This document shows positions 8,356 to 17,200 of a stretch of 32,000 nt of DNA, one piece after another (within the stretch, counting starts at the first letter, position 1; every line of letters starts with the position of its first letter). The DNA is taken from the NCBI GenBank assembly GCA_002763085.1, contig PFCY01000067.1:1-32000 (forward strand), given 5' to 3'. The notes below the pieces were generated by a model, which saw nothing but the letters and a program-made list of their open reading frames with translations, was not told where the DNA came from and searched no databases. A program made the position numbers and the translations under genes. Origin of the DNA: Candidatus Pacearchaeota archaeon CG10_big_fil_rev_8_21_14_0_10_32_14 (GTDB lineage Archaea > Nanobdellota > Nanobdellia > Pacearchaeales > GW2011-AR1).

Positions 8356-10674
8356 TTATGTAGCAGGAGCACTTACCGCATTAGCAAAAGGCCGAGCAAC
8401 AATACTGCACTGGTTAGGATTTGGCTGATTTCCAAACTCATCAGAACATTTTATATAATAATTTGAATTTATGTTCCAATCCGTCGAGTGCTGATTTTCG
8501 TCTGATGTAGAAGAAGTCATCTTTGTTCCATCAGCATACAAATAATTACAAGATTCCTTTCCATAAACACATTCGCTGACTTCATTTGTGATAACTCTTA
8601 ACTTATTATCTTCATCATGATAAATTCTCGTAACAATCGGCGCCTCATTATCTGACTCAACTCTAAACTGAACGGTTGTATTATCTGAATTTCCTCCTAA
8701 ATCTATGCACTTCAAGAAATATTTATAATTTCCTTCAGGTAAATGCAATTCCTGCTTATGTGCAACACTGTTGTAATTCAAATCAGAGAAAAATAATATG
8801 AACGAATCTGTTGCCCCCGTTGTTGAATAATAACAATTTGATTGCCCTTCATTAAATCCCGCGAAAGTTTCTGCTTCAAGATCGACTTTTATAACATTTG
8901 TAGAATCCCTTATTGTTTCATTTGGAGAAACGTCTGTAATCAACAATGGTTGCGAACCTTTAACAGTAAAAATATAACTCTGAAGATTTGGATTTCTGTC
9001 TGCTTCAGGCGCTTGTGGCTGATCAAGACATCTAAAGTAATATTTATTTTCTTCTCTATCTTTAAGTCCAGTCAGTGTCGTTGAACACTTGTAAAGCATC
9101 TGCGCATTCATCTCAAACACCGAGGAAGAACACTTCATTGTATTAGCCATTGTTTTATATTCTCTATCCACAAAATCCCACCTGCAAGTTGCTGGCTCGT
9201 TTACATAAACTTCTAAAGGAAGAGAAGATGTATTATATGCAACTGGCATTCCATTTATCAAATTAGTGCTAACAATTTGTGCAGGAGTTGTGTCAGGTCC
9301 TTTCTCAACACAGAATTGGAATACAAACTCTCCTTCATTTTGATTTCCGTTCGCATCTTGACACGAAACATAAAGTTCATAATCCGCGTCGTTATTTATT
9401 GTAATCTCTTCTCCATTACTGCTCGGTCCAGGCAAACTCAAAATTTGAGTATGATTTCTTAGAAGCAAACTATTTCCTCCAAAGAAGAATTTCATTTCAT
9501 CAAACGGTTTAACTTTTCCGTCGGAATTTCTTACATAATCAATCTTACATTTTGCCGGTTCGTTTGTTGTAACTCCAAACTTAAACGGAGTAAACGCTTT
9601 AACACAACCCGTTTTTGTCTCAGTTGATTTTATGAACGTTCCTCTATTCGGCGGATTCTTTGTGTTGTCTGGAGTATATTTATATCCAGGTGATAAAACG
9701 CTCGTCCAAGGTTCAACGATTGGTGGATCAACATCTTTTCTATTTATCCAAACACATTCTTGATTATCAGTTCCTGCGTTGACTAATTCACATCCTTGTC
9801 CAAGAGATTTACATTGATATTCGCTGCAAGGAAGTATGCTTTGTTTATTGCATTGCTCACAATATTGTCCACCCGTCGGCGCATCCCATGGTAAACATTC
9901 AAACCTAACCGTTTCAGATTTTTCTTTTTTATTCATAAGTAAAAATATTGCTATACCTACTGCTGCTCCTGCAGCTAGCCCCCATCCCATTCCTGCAATG
10001 TTACCAACGAATCTTCCAACTAGAACTCCCGCCCCAATTGCTGCCGTTGCTGCATTTCTTGTCGTTTCGCTGTCCGTTAAAAATCCAGCCGCAAAATAAG
10101 TTATACCTGCAGCTGTTAATCCCCAAGATGCACTCGAAACAAGATTATCCATCATCAAACCATTTGTCATTGAAGTTGCTCCAGGTTTAGGAATATATTC
10201 TTCCTTAACTGGATCCCATGTTGCTTCTTCTCCGAAACCATATATATTTCCAACAGAATTCCATAATCCTCCAGTTTCAGCCTTTGTGGGTTCTTGCTTA
10301 GTTATATCCTTTCCTCCATTGGTTTCATCATTCAATGAAAAATCACTAGGTGGCTCTTTAGATCCACCATATTTTATTTGCGGAGCAGGATATGGTGCGC
10401 TCGAAGGTAAACTGCTAATCTGAGTACCAACGAGTGGGCCTTCTATTCTTCCTGCAGGACTTGAAATTTCTGTACCAACGCCAGCAATCTTCCAACTTTC
10501 TGAACTCTGAAGAGGAATTGATGAAGGAATTCCATCTCGTGGATCTACATCTTGTCCACCAACAATACCAAAACTTAAAGAAATCAAATAAGCAATCGCA
10601 ACAGTCGCAACTATTAAAGTTATAATTTCACTCCCAGCGATTAATTTTAATCCTCTTTTATTTCTTTTTATCAT
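8356..10674 (-). CDS. G2b: large surface protein (772 aa). It has an N-terminal class-III-like signal/TM, a Gly/Ala-rich hydrophobic block, a Cys-knot-like motif and 4 Ig-like repeats. It is homologous to the C-terminal half of the 1339-aa ORF.
   Basis: KRGLKLIAGSEIITLIVATVAIAYL at the N-terminus. ECLPWDAPTGGQYCEQCN..CSEYQCKSLGQGCELVN matches KCLAWQPPVGGDKCGECN..CSKYRCESLGTACRIVN in G1. There are four units ending in YVSCQDANGN, YFRCLDQP, YFLKCIDLGGN and YIKCSDEFGN. Confidence 0.75.
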   Translation of the reverse strand: MIKRNKRGLKLIAGSEIITLIVATVAIAYLISLSFGIVGGQDVDPRDGIPSSIPLQSSESWKIAGVGTEISSPAGRIEGPLVGTQISSLPSSAPYPAPQIKYGGSKEPPSDFSLNDETNGGKDITKQEPTKAETGGLWNSVGNIYGFGEEATWDPVKEEYIPKPGATSMTNGLMMDNLVSSASWGLTAAGITYFAAGFLTDSETTRNAATAAIGAGVLVGRFVGNIAGMGWGLAAGAAVGIAIFLLMNKKEKSETVRFECLPWDAPTGGQYCEQCNKQSILPCSEYQCKSLGQGCELVNAGTDNQECVWINRKDVDPPIVEPWTSVLSPGYKYTPDNTKNPPNRGTFIKSTETKTGCVKAFTPFKFGVTTNEPAKCKIDYVRNSDGKVKPFDEMKFFFGGNSLLLRNHTQILSLPGPSSNGEEITINNDADYELYVSCQDANGNQNEGEFVFQFCVEKGPDTTPAQIVSTNLINGMPVAYNTSSLPLEVYVNEPATCRWDFVDREYKTMANTMKCSSSVFEMNAQMLYKCSTTLTGLKDREENKYYFRCLDQPQAPEADRNPNLQSYIFTVKGSQPLLITDVSPNETIRDSTNVIKVDLEAETFAGFNEGQSNCYYSTTGATDSFILFFSDLNYNSVAHKQELHLPEGNYKYFLKCIDLGGNSDNTTVQFRVESDNEAPIVTRIYHDEDNKLRVITNEVSECVYGKESCNYLYADGTKMTSSTSDENQHSTDWNINSNYYIKCSDEFGNQPNPNQCSIVARPFANAVSAPAT

Positions 10675-10677
10675 TTT
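10644..10677 (-). repeat. 34-bp direct repeat, copy 2 (covers the start codon and first 10 codons of G2b, and the HEPN stop)
   Basis: 33/34 identical to 11285..11318. The plus strand reads attttaatcctcttttatttc(t/g)ttttatcatttt. Confidence 0.9.
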
Positions 10678-11036
10678 AATTTTTTATTGTCTAATTTTTT
10701 TAATTCTTTTTTTAATTGTGGGATTTTATTTTGTATTACGTCCCAAAGAAGTATAGGATTTATTTTAAAGTAAGCATGACTAATAACATTTCTAAAATCA
10801 ATAAAACTTTTTATTTCTGTCTTATAATCTCCCCATAAATTAGGTGGAATTTTTTTTAATGATTCTCCGATTATTTGCATTCTCATACCATTAGAATCAA
10901 TCGCATCTTGATTTCTCGAAAACGAATTAATATCTGATCCTCTAACCGAATTCTCTATATTCTCAATTGCCCTTTCAATGTCTTTAAGCCACAAATTATA
11001 TTTTGACATATTCCACCTCTTTTTTAACATGTTCAA
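10671..11036 (-). CDS. hepT: HEPN-domain (DUF86) toxin of a HEPN/MNT toxin-antitoxin pair
   Basis: Rx4H motif RNVISH near the C-terminal third, with a size typical of DUF86. The more likely start is Met10 (MSKYNLW, nt 11009). The stop shares an ATGA overlap with the G2b start. Confidence 0.75.
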   Translation of the reverse strand: MNMLKKRWNMSKYNLWLKDIERAIENIENSVRGSDINSFSRNQDAIDSNGMRMQIIGESLKKIPPNLWGDYKTEIKSFIDFRNVISHAYFKINPILLWDVIQNKIPQLKKELKKLDNKKLK

Positions 11037-11286
11037 GCTCCGGTTTCAAATCACTTTCAATAACTAAATCAACTTTTCTTTTCGTAATTTTCTCAAGGAA
11101 GTAATGCGTTTTCATATAAGTATCAAAACTGATTTCATTAAATTCAACAAGTAAATCTACATCACTTTTTTCATTTTGCTTATTTTTTACAAATGAACCA
11201 AAAAGTCCTATTTTACTTATACCGATTTTTCTAAGAGTTTCCTTTTCTTTCTCTATACTTTTAATTATTTGAGTTTTTGTTATCAT
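10996..11286 (-). CDS. mntA: Minimal nucleotidyltransferase (MNT) antitoxin
   Basis: GS-x(n)-D-x-D signature: GLFGSFVKNKQNEKSDVDLLVEF. 96 aa. It overlaps the HEPN gene, which is the canonical MNT-then-HEPN order. Confidence 0.8.
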   Translation of the reverse strand: MITKTQIIKSIEKEKETLRKIGISKIGLFGSFVKNKQNEKSDVDLLVEFNEISFDTYMKTHYFLEKITKRKVDLVIESDLKPELEHVKKEVEYVKI

Positions 11287-11318
11287 TTTAATCCTCTTTT
11301 ATTTCGTTTTATCATTTT
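11285..11318 (-). repeat. 34-bp direct repeat, copy 1 (overlaps the G2a 3' end). It encodes a relic mini-ORF, MIKRNKRGLK-stop (11315..11283), duplicated from the G2b 5' end.
   Basis: 33/34 identical to 10644..10677. The relic ORF's TGA overlaps the MNT ATG (ATGA). Confidence 0.9.
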
Positions 11319-13038
11319 GATTTGCTTCATTTTCAGTTATTATTCTATATCCGGTATTATATCCTTGAACATTGATGAAGTTTTTATTATTTCCACAATC
11401 TCCTATCGCTGTACACATATTGTTTTGAGTTAATTCCCACGAACTTTCTAAACATTCACAATTCTCTACACATTTCCACTTTCCGCCAAGCGCTTTCTTT
11501 TCATATTTAACAACACATTCTTTATTCGCCATTGTGCAAAGTGATTGTGCATCTCCTTCCTCCCAAAAATTAAATCCAGGCGCAATTAATGGTAAACAAG
11601 CTCCAGTCTCACTTCCAACACTCTTATCTCTTAAATTCGCTTCATCAACAGGATCTCCAATTGCATTTCCAGTTATGCCACTTCCAGATGTTGTAGTTGT
11701 CGTCGTACTTGTGAATGGTTGAGAATTTGCCGTGCTCGGAAATGCTTCTCTAGCTTTTACATCCGACGCCGCTTCTTGTCTCGGTGCATTTATTTCTAAT
11801 CCAGGATACCATTTACAATCTCTTGCATCAATATTTTCACAGTCTAATTTATTGACTTGAGCAAAACAATCTTGCCATTTATTTGGCCTGCACGCCGCAA
11901 CTTTATAATCATTCACACTACTCTGAATACAAATTTCTTGTCTAAAATCTGAACAAGGCTCGACGGTAACTTCTCCATTATAACAAAGCATTCTAAAATG
12001 CCTGCTTCCCGGAAGACTTTTACCAATTCCTTTTGCATTATAACACCACGTCTCTCCATGCTGATAATGTTCATTTTCAAAATCACAAGACAAATCTCTA
12101 CAAACATAATCTCCATATTTCGGTCGAGACGAATCTTGACTTTGGCTGTATGCTTTACAAGTTGAACCTAAAAAATAATCACAATTTCCACACGACGCAC
12201 CCTGAACTCCAGTATTAGCAGAATTAGGATTACAACTTTCTTCTATTGGAACAACCTTACTCCAATAAAGAGTATCATCAGCACCACCATCAACTTTTGA
12301 AGCATCATAAATATTAGCTAAATTCCCACACGTATCAACAAAATAAACTTCATCTCTACCTTCAACACAAGTCGTTTTCTCACTCTTACCGCAAGATGTT
12401 CCTAAACTTTCGTCAGAACACAAAAACCCCGGATGAAAACTGACCGTTGAATTATCATCGATATTATCCGTTCCTTTAAGATCGTTGCATTCTTTTTGTG
12501 TCACAAATTTACATGTTATATCAAATTCTTTTTCATAAACGCAAGCGCCTTTTACATCTGAAGTAGCTGATGCAATACATTCGACTTCGTTAGTGATATC
12601 ACGTCTATAATTTGTTTCAAGTCCATAAAGTTTTGAAAGCCGTTTACATCTTGTCTGAGTAACAAATGCCGCCTGATCATTTAATAAACAACATCCTAAA
12701 TTACACTGAGGTGGAAGTCCATTCACCGCATCTTTCCAAACTCCTCCTTCTATATCACAAACTTTCTCAGGAGTATTTTCACTACATGTTCCTTCATTTG
12801 AATCAATACAATATCCCATTCTGCAATATGATGCAGCCGCACATGATGTTGGTGTACTTCTAAGTTCACCGCTCGTATCGCATTCAGATTGCGGCGCGTT
12901 TTGACACCATGCACCCGTCTTTGTTTTTTCACAACAATATGAAACTTCTTGACTTGATACAATAATTGACGAATATAAAAAAGCGATAGCTAAAATTAGA
13001 AATATTCCTAAAATAAAACCTCTTTTTCTCATTCCCAT
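11299..13038 (-). CDS. G2a: secreted Cys-rich protein (579 aa), homologous to residues ~104-606 of the 1339-aa ORF
   Basis: Signal/TM RKRGFILGIFLILAIAFLY and dozens of Cys. Shared blocks include TCVEGRDEVYFVDTCGNLANIYD (G1: TCVDGRDEIYFLDSCGNVGNIYD), PGSRHFRMLCYNGEVTVEPCSDFRQEICIQS (G1: PGSRHWKRICIDGKVKIEPCQDYRGQICVQS) and CTAIGDCG (G1: CMSIGDCG). Confidence 0.75.
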   Translation of the reverse strand: MGMRKRGFILGIFLILAIAFLYSSIIVSSQEVSYCCEKTKTGAWCQNAPQSECDTSGELRSTPTSCAAASYCRMGYCIDSNEGTCSENTPEKVCDIEGGVWKDAVNGLPPQCNLGCCLLNDQAAFVTQTRCKRLSKLYGLETNYRRDITNEVECIASATSDVKGACVYEKEFDITCKFVTQKECNDLKGTDNIDDNSTVSFHPGFLCSDESLGTSCGKSEKTTCVEGRDEVYFVDTCGNLANIYDASKVDGGADDTLYWSKVVPIEESCNPNSANTGVQGASCGNCDYFLGSTCKAYSQSQDSSRPKYGDYVCRDLSCDFENEHYQHGETWCYNAKGIGKSLPGSRHFRMLCYNGEVTVEPCSDFRQEICIQSSVNDYKVAACRPNKWQDCFAQVNKLDCENIDARDCKWYPGLEINAPRQEAASDVKAREAFPSTANSQPFTSTTTTTTSGSGITGNAIGDPVDEANLRDKSVGSETGACLPLIAPGFNFWEEGDAQSLCTMANKECVVKYEKKALGGKWKCVENCECLESSWELTQNNMCTAIGDCGNNKNFINVQGYNTGYRIITENEANQNDKTK

Positions 13039-13190
13039 TTTATTTTTTCAAACTCCTTAAATGAATTAAAATCGAAACCATTAGTCCGAATGCAGATATA
13101 ATCATCTGATTTAAACTGAAACATTGAGTATTTACTACAATCAAAGATAGATAAATGAGTATAAAAAAATTCAGTAGATTTCCAAGCCAT
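13029..13190 (-). CDS. Possible 53-aa ORF (MAWKSTEFFYTHLSIFDCSKYSMFQFKSDDYICIRTNGFDFNSFKEFEKIKWE), not in the supplied track
   Basis: Hand translation. It fills the gap between the 57-aa gene and G2a. Its TGA forms an ATGA overlap with Met3 of G2a (nt 13032). There is no family support, and it could simply be a leader carrying the AAGGAG SD of G2a. Confidence 0.25.
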   Translation of the reverse strand: MAWKSTEFFYTHLSIFDCSKYSMFQFKSDDYICIRTNGFDFNSFKEFEKIKWE

Positions 13191-13209
13191 GTTAACAATT
13201 CTTACTCCA

Positions 13210-13383
13210 TTATTTTATTAAAATTTTAATTATCCCATAAATGAGAATTATGATCGCGATTATCCCTAATGCCCATAAAATATAATCCATCCAATTTATT
13301 TTTTTCACACTCTTTTTCCTCATTTTTTCATTTCCTTTTTTTAATTTTTCTCCAGGGTCTTTTTCTAAAAGAGCCTTTTTCAT
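13210..13383 (-). CDS. Small single-pass membrane protein, 57 aa (MKKALLEKDPGEK...WMDYILWALGIIAIIILIYGIIKILIK)
   Basis: The track ORF begins at a TTG (13410) inside P2. The ATG at 13383 makes an ATGA overlap with the P2 stop. Clear C-terminal TM helix. Confidence 0.5.
   Translation of the reverse strand: MKKALLEKDPGEKLKKGNEKMRKKSVKKINWMDYILWALGIIAIIILIYGIIKILIK
13345..13383 (-). repeat. 39-bp perfect direct-repeat partner of 8254..8292
   Basis: tttttctccagggtctttttctaaaagagcctttttcat is identical at both loci, with the flanking bases differing on both sides. Confidence 0.9.
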
Positions 13384-14174
13384 GCTCCTATTCCATATCC
13401 AGGTGGCCAAGCAACACTTCTCGACGCAAACTGAAATTTACTTTCTGGATTGTTTCTATCTGTTAAAATATAAATCGTCGTCCCGTCGCCCTCTTTGTAT
13501 TTCTCCACCTTAAGGTCAGGATAGATATTCATGTATGTTGTCGTTTCCGCATCCCCATATTTTGTTTCATATTCGAGGATGCTTGAAGCAATACCTATAT
13601 GTTCATAAAGATTATTATTCAAAACTATCTCTAATCTATCGATCGTCGACGTCTCATCACCTTTTTTAATAGTGAGTTCTCTATTGAAAGTAACTAAAAT
13701 TCTTTGAGGCAATAGTTCTGCGCTCGTCACATTTTTTTTCACAATGTTTATTGAATAGCCCTCATTTTCATATTGTGCTATAAGATCATTAAAACAAGAA
13801 TTTTCTTCCTCTTTGATTCCTTTAACTATTTCATCAGCAACTTGTTTAAAGAGCAATGGTTGTTGCATCACACATGTTTTATAATATTCATTTGTATAAC
13901 ATAAATATTCAATCTTACTTCCTTTATACTCGTAAAATAACTCCGGCTCTAAATAACCTCCTTGATTAGAAAGATTAACGACGACTTCACTGACTTTGTC
14001 TTCCAAACAATTTTGAATAAAACTTTGTGGAGATACTTTATTTCCGCCAGTTATATCTTTTATATTCGGCCAAAACATATAGAATAAAATCGCAGCAAAA
14101 ACGACTATCACAGCTATTATGATAAATATTGTAACTTGTCCCTTACGATGCAATATTCCCTCTTTTCCAATCAT
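13380..14174 (-). CDS. P2: pilin-like protein with class-III-type signal peptide (264 aa), paralog of P1
   Basis: HRKGQVTIFIIIAVIVVFAAILFY. It aligns with the 260-aa ORF at CLED, QGGY, YLCY, Q(Q/E)PLL, CF, YPD..(V/I)EK, TIY, F.FA.R and the C-terminal PPG(Y)GIG. Confidence 0.6.
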   Translation of the reverse strand: MIGKEGILHRKGQVTIFIIIAVIVVFAAILFYMFWPNIKDITGGNKVSPQSFIQNCLEDKVSEVVVNLSNQGGYLEPELFYEYKGSKIEYLCYTNEYYKTCVMQQPLLFKQVADEIVKGIKEEENSCFNDLIAQYENEGYSINIVKKNVTSAELLPQRILVTFNRELTIKKGDETSTIDRLEIVLNNNLYEHIGIASSILEYETKYGDAETTTYMNIYPDLKVEKYKEGDGTTIYILTDRNNPESKFQFASRSVAWPPGYGIGA

Positions 14175-14195
14175 TTTATTTTAACGAATACACAA

Positions 14196-14203
14196 TTTAT
14201 AAA
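14196..14203 (-). promoter_or_regulatory. TATA-like box TTTATAAA, 22 nt upstream of the P2 start (possible internal, near-leaderless promoter)
   Basis: Located in the 37-bp gap between the G1 stop (14212) and the P2 ATG (14174). Confidence 0.3.
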
Positions 14204-14211
14204 CTTTTTAT

Positions 14212-17200
14212 TTAGTTATATGATGCTTCCGGATAAACTTTTATAGCGCAATCGCCATTTATATTTCCGAAAACATCTTTGCATTTTATGAAGTAAGTAA
14301 TCCCGCTGTTCCACGGAGCGCTATGTTTTGTATCAAATACATTTGTCATCCTGTTCACAGTGTCGTCGCCTAAATTAAAATCACATCTATTATTTGTATA
14401 CGAACAAGCTGCTTCTTCATCTGTAATAATTTCTAAACCATTTCTATATAAAACTCTCACAACTTTCGGTGGCTCATCATCAATTCTCACACTAAAAGTC
14501 GTATTCGCATATGCAACTTCCCCCGCAGTATCTCTGCACTTAAAAAATAATTGATGATTTCCTTCTAAATATTGCAGTCCTCTTTGAGTATGGGTTGAAG
14601 CTAAAGTATTAAAGAACTCAATCATTCCAGTATCCACTCCGCTCTGACTAAAAGCGCAGGAAGATACTCCATTATTTCCACCACCAGTTGTCCTAAGTTC
14701 AAGATCAACCAATATTTGAGGAGTATAACCTGAAACAATTTCTCCTTTTGGTTTTACAACTTCAATTTGTAATAAATTCTCAACAATATTTAGAGTGTAA
14801 GAATATCCATCATTTGTATTTCTACTCTCCCCAGGTTTAGGAGTGTATTCCTCATAATCAAGCCAAGGTTGATCTCTGCATTTTATGAAATAAGAATTCT
14901 CTCCTCTCGTAAGTCCGTTTAAAGTAGTATAACAGCTATATCCCAAAGATGAAACTTCATCTACAAATTCAGAACAATTTAAACCAAAACTCATTTCATC
15001 ATAAGGAACATTTCCAACAGACGCAAGTTCGTATTTACATTCTGCTGGCTCATTCAAGTTAACGATTAAAGTTACATTTTGAGTGTTATGATTCAATTGC
15101 GCGCCATCTTGAGGATAAATAGAAGTGATTCTTGGCGGAGTTAAATCCGGACCTTCTTCGACGCAGAAATCAACTAAATAATCTCGAGTATTGATATTTC
15201 CTTGTATATCTTGACATTTTATATAAAACTTTGTCGCGCCAATTCTATCTCTTATATCTCCTTCAAGATCTCTTACATCAAGACTGCTCAAACTCGGCAT
15301 CTTTATATCCAGGGTATGATTAAATAAATATAATGTGGTGTCGATATCAGTAAACTCCATTTCTTCATATTGCGTTCCACTCACTGTCGAAAGTTTACAC
15401 TGCGCAACTTCATCAGTTGTAAGAGTGAATTCAACATTTGTAAATTCAGGTATACATGCACCATCGTCTCTTCTGACTTTAACATGTTCATTTTCAACTT
15501 CATCTTCAAATCTATATCCTTCATCAACTACTCCCGATTTTATGAATGGAGGAGAATGATCATTTGCATTTATCTCTTCACATCTTGCATCTTTAGTATC
15601 GTCATTTACAATCCTACACGCCGTTCCTAAACTTTCACATCTATATTTACTACAAGGATACATTTCAGAATCAACATTACATTCACCGCATTTATCACCG
15701 CCGACAGGAGGTTGCCACGCCAGACATTTAAATTCAACGGGGATTTGTTTCGTTTCACCTATTCCTATTATTCTCATGATTACTGCAACTATTACAGCGA
15801 CTACAACCGCCCATATTAATGCTGTCAATGCCACTCCAAGTCCTCCAGCTAAAAATCCTGCTCCACCACCAAATAAATTCGCTCCAATAAATCCTGATAT
15901 TCCTCCAGCAATCATTCCTCCAGCAACTACTGCCATCGCTGCTTGCCCTTCAAGTCCAAATATTTTTGCAACAAAAAATCCAACTGTCGCTCCAGTTCCT
16001 ATTCCACTAAATGCCGCCATAAATCCTCCAGCGCTAACTGCCGTCGCTGGTGTAGCTCCATTAATAGCGGTCATGCTATATGGAACAGGCGATCCCGCTG
16101 CTTGAAGACCCGGATTGAATGTCATTGCATATATCGGTGAACTAGCCGCAGCTCCAGCTCCAGCTGTTGAACTTCCCACTCCTAAAAATCCAATCACACT
16201 AGCAACAGTTCCAATACCTCCCGCATAAAGTCCAATTTGTCTAAGTAATGCTAAAGTTTTATTATTTTGATCAAGTTCATTTCCGTCAGAATCTCTAAGT
16301 GGAGTTCCAGTTGCATTTAGAATTTGATTTATATCTTTAGGTTTTGCATATAATCCTTCGATAACTTCGTCATATTCACTAATTTTATTTAAGTATTCTG
16401 AAGTCAGTCCAGGAGATCTTGATATACTATAACTTTGAGACAAATCGCCGACGTAATTTACACTCGCTCCGCAGTCTCCTATTGACATGCACAGATCATT
16501 CATCTTATCAGCAAAGCCAGCCTCAGTACATGCTTTGTTTGCTTTCCATACCCATCTTATTCTCGGACGACCATTCCTGAAATGAATTTCTTTGACTTTG
16601 ACTGCAATGCAAGTTCTGCTCGCAAGAGAGCATAAATCTTGAGATAAAGTTCTTTGATCTGGAGCTAAATCAAAACCACGAGGGTATTTCGGAACACACA
16701 TATCAAACTTGAATTTATCCGCAGCATCAACAGTTTTAACGAAACAATCTTCATTAGAATTACAATCTTGTATCATACTAGAAACTCCGCTAGCTCTAGA
16801 TTCGTCACTATCTTCAACTCCGTCCCTAGAATTATAACTCAAACATTCAATTGCCTCATTTAATTTACATGAAGATACAGAAAATTCATCTCCATTTTCG
16901 CTTTCTATTTCACTTTGTACACATATTTGACCACGATAGTCTTGACAAGGCTCGATTTTCACTTTTCCATCAATGCAAATTCTTTTCCAGTGCCTGCTTC
17001 CGGGTGTATCTCTTCCTTCTCCAATCGCTCCGTCATACACACACCAACTTTCTCCATTCTTTCTATATCTATTTCCAGTCTGTTCGCTTGAAGGACAATT
17101 CATGTTTAAACATTGTAATGTTCCCGACGAAGATTCACCACATCTACTTCCTAAAAATCTATTACAATTACCGCAAGAATTAGACTCGGCATTTCCATTT

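Noticed and set aside
11913-12962. Minus-strand alternative-frame ORFs (67 and 70 aa) and plus-strand ORFs inside G2a
   Set aside because: They are nested in the 579-aa gene, whose frame is supported by homology to G1.
15776-16140. Plus-strand ORFs of 109 aa and 65 aa with Pro/Ala-rich sequence
   Set aside because: They are antisense to the Gly/Ala-rich block of G1. Their composition is simply the complement of GGN/GCN codons.
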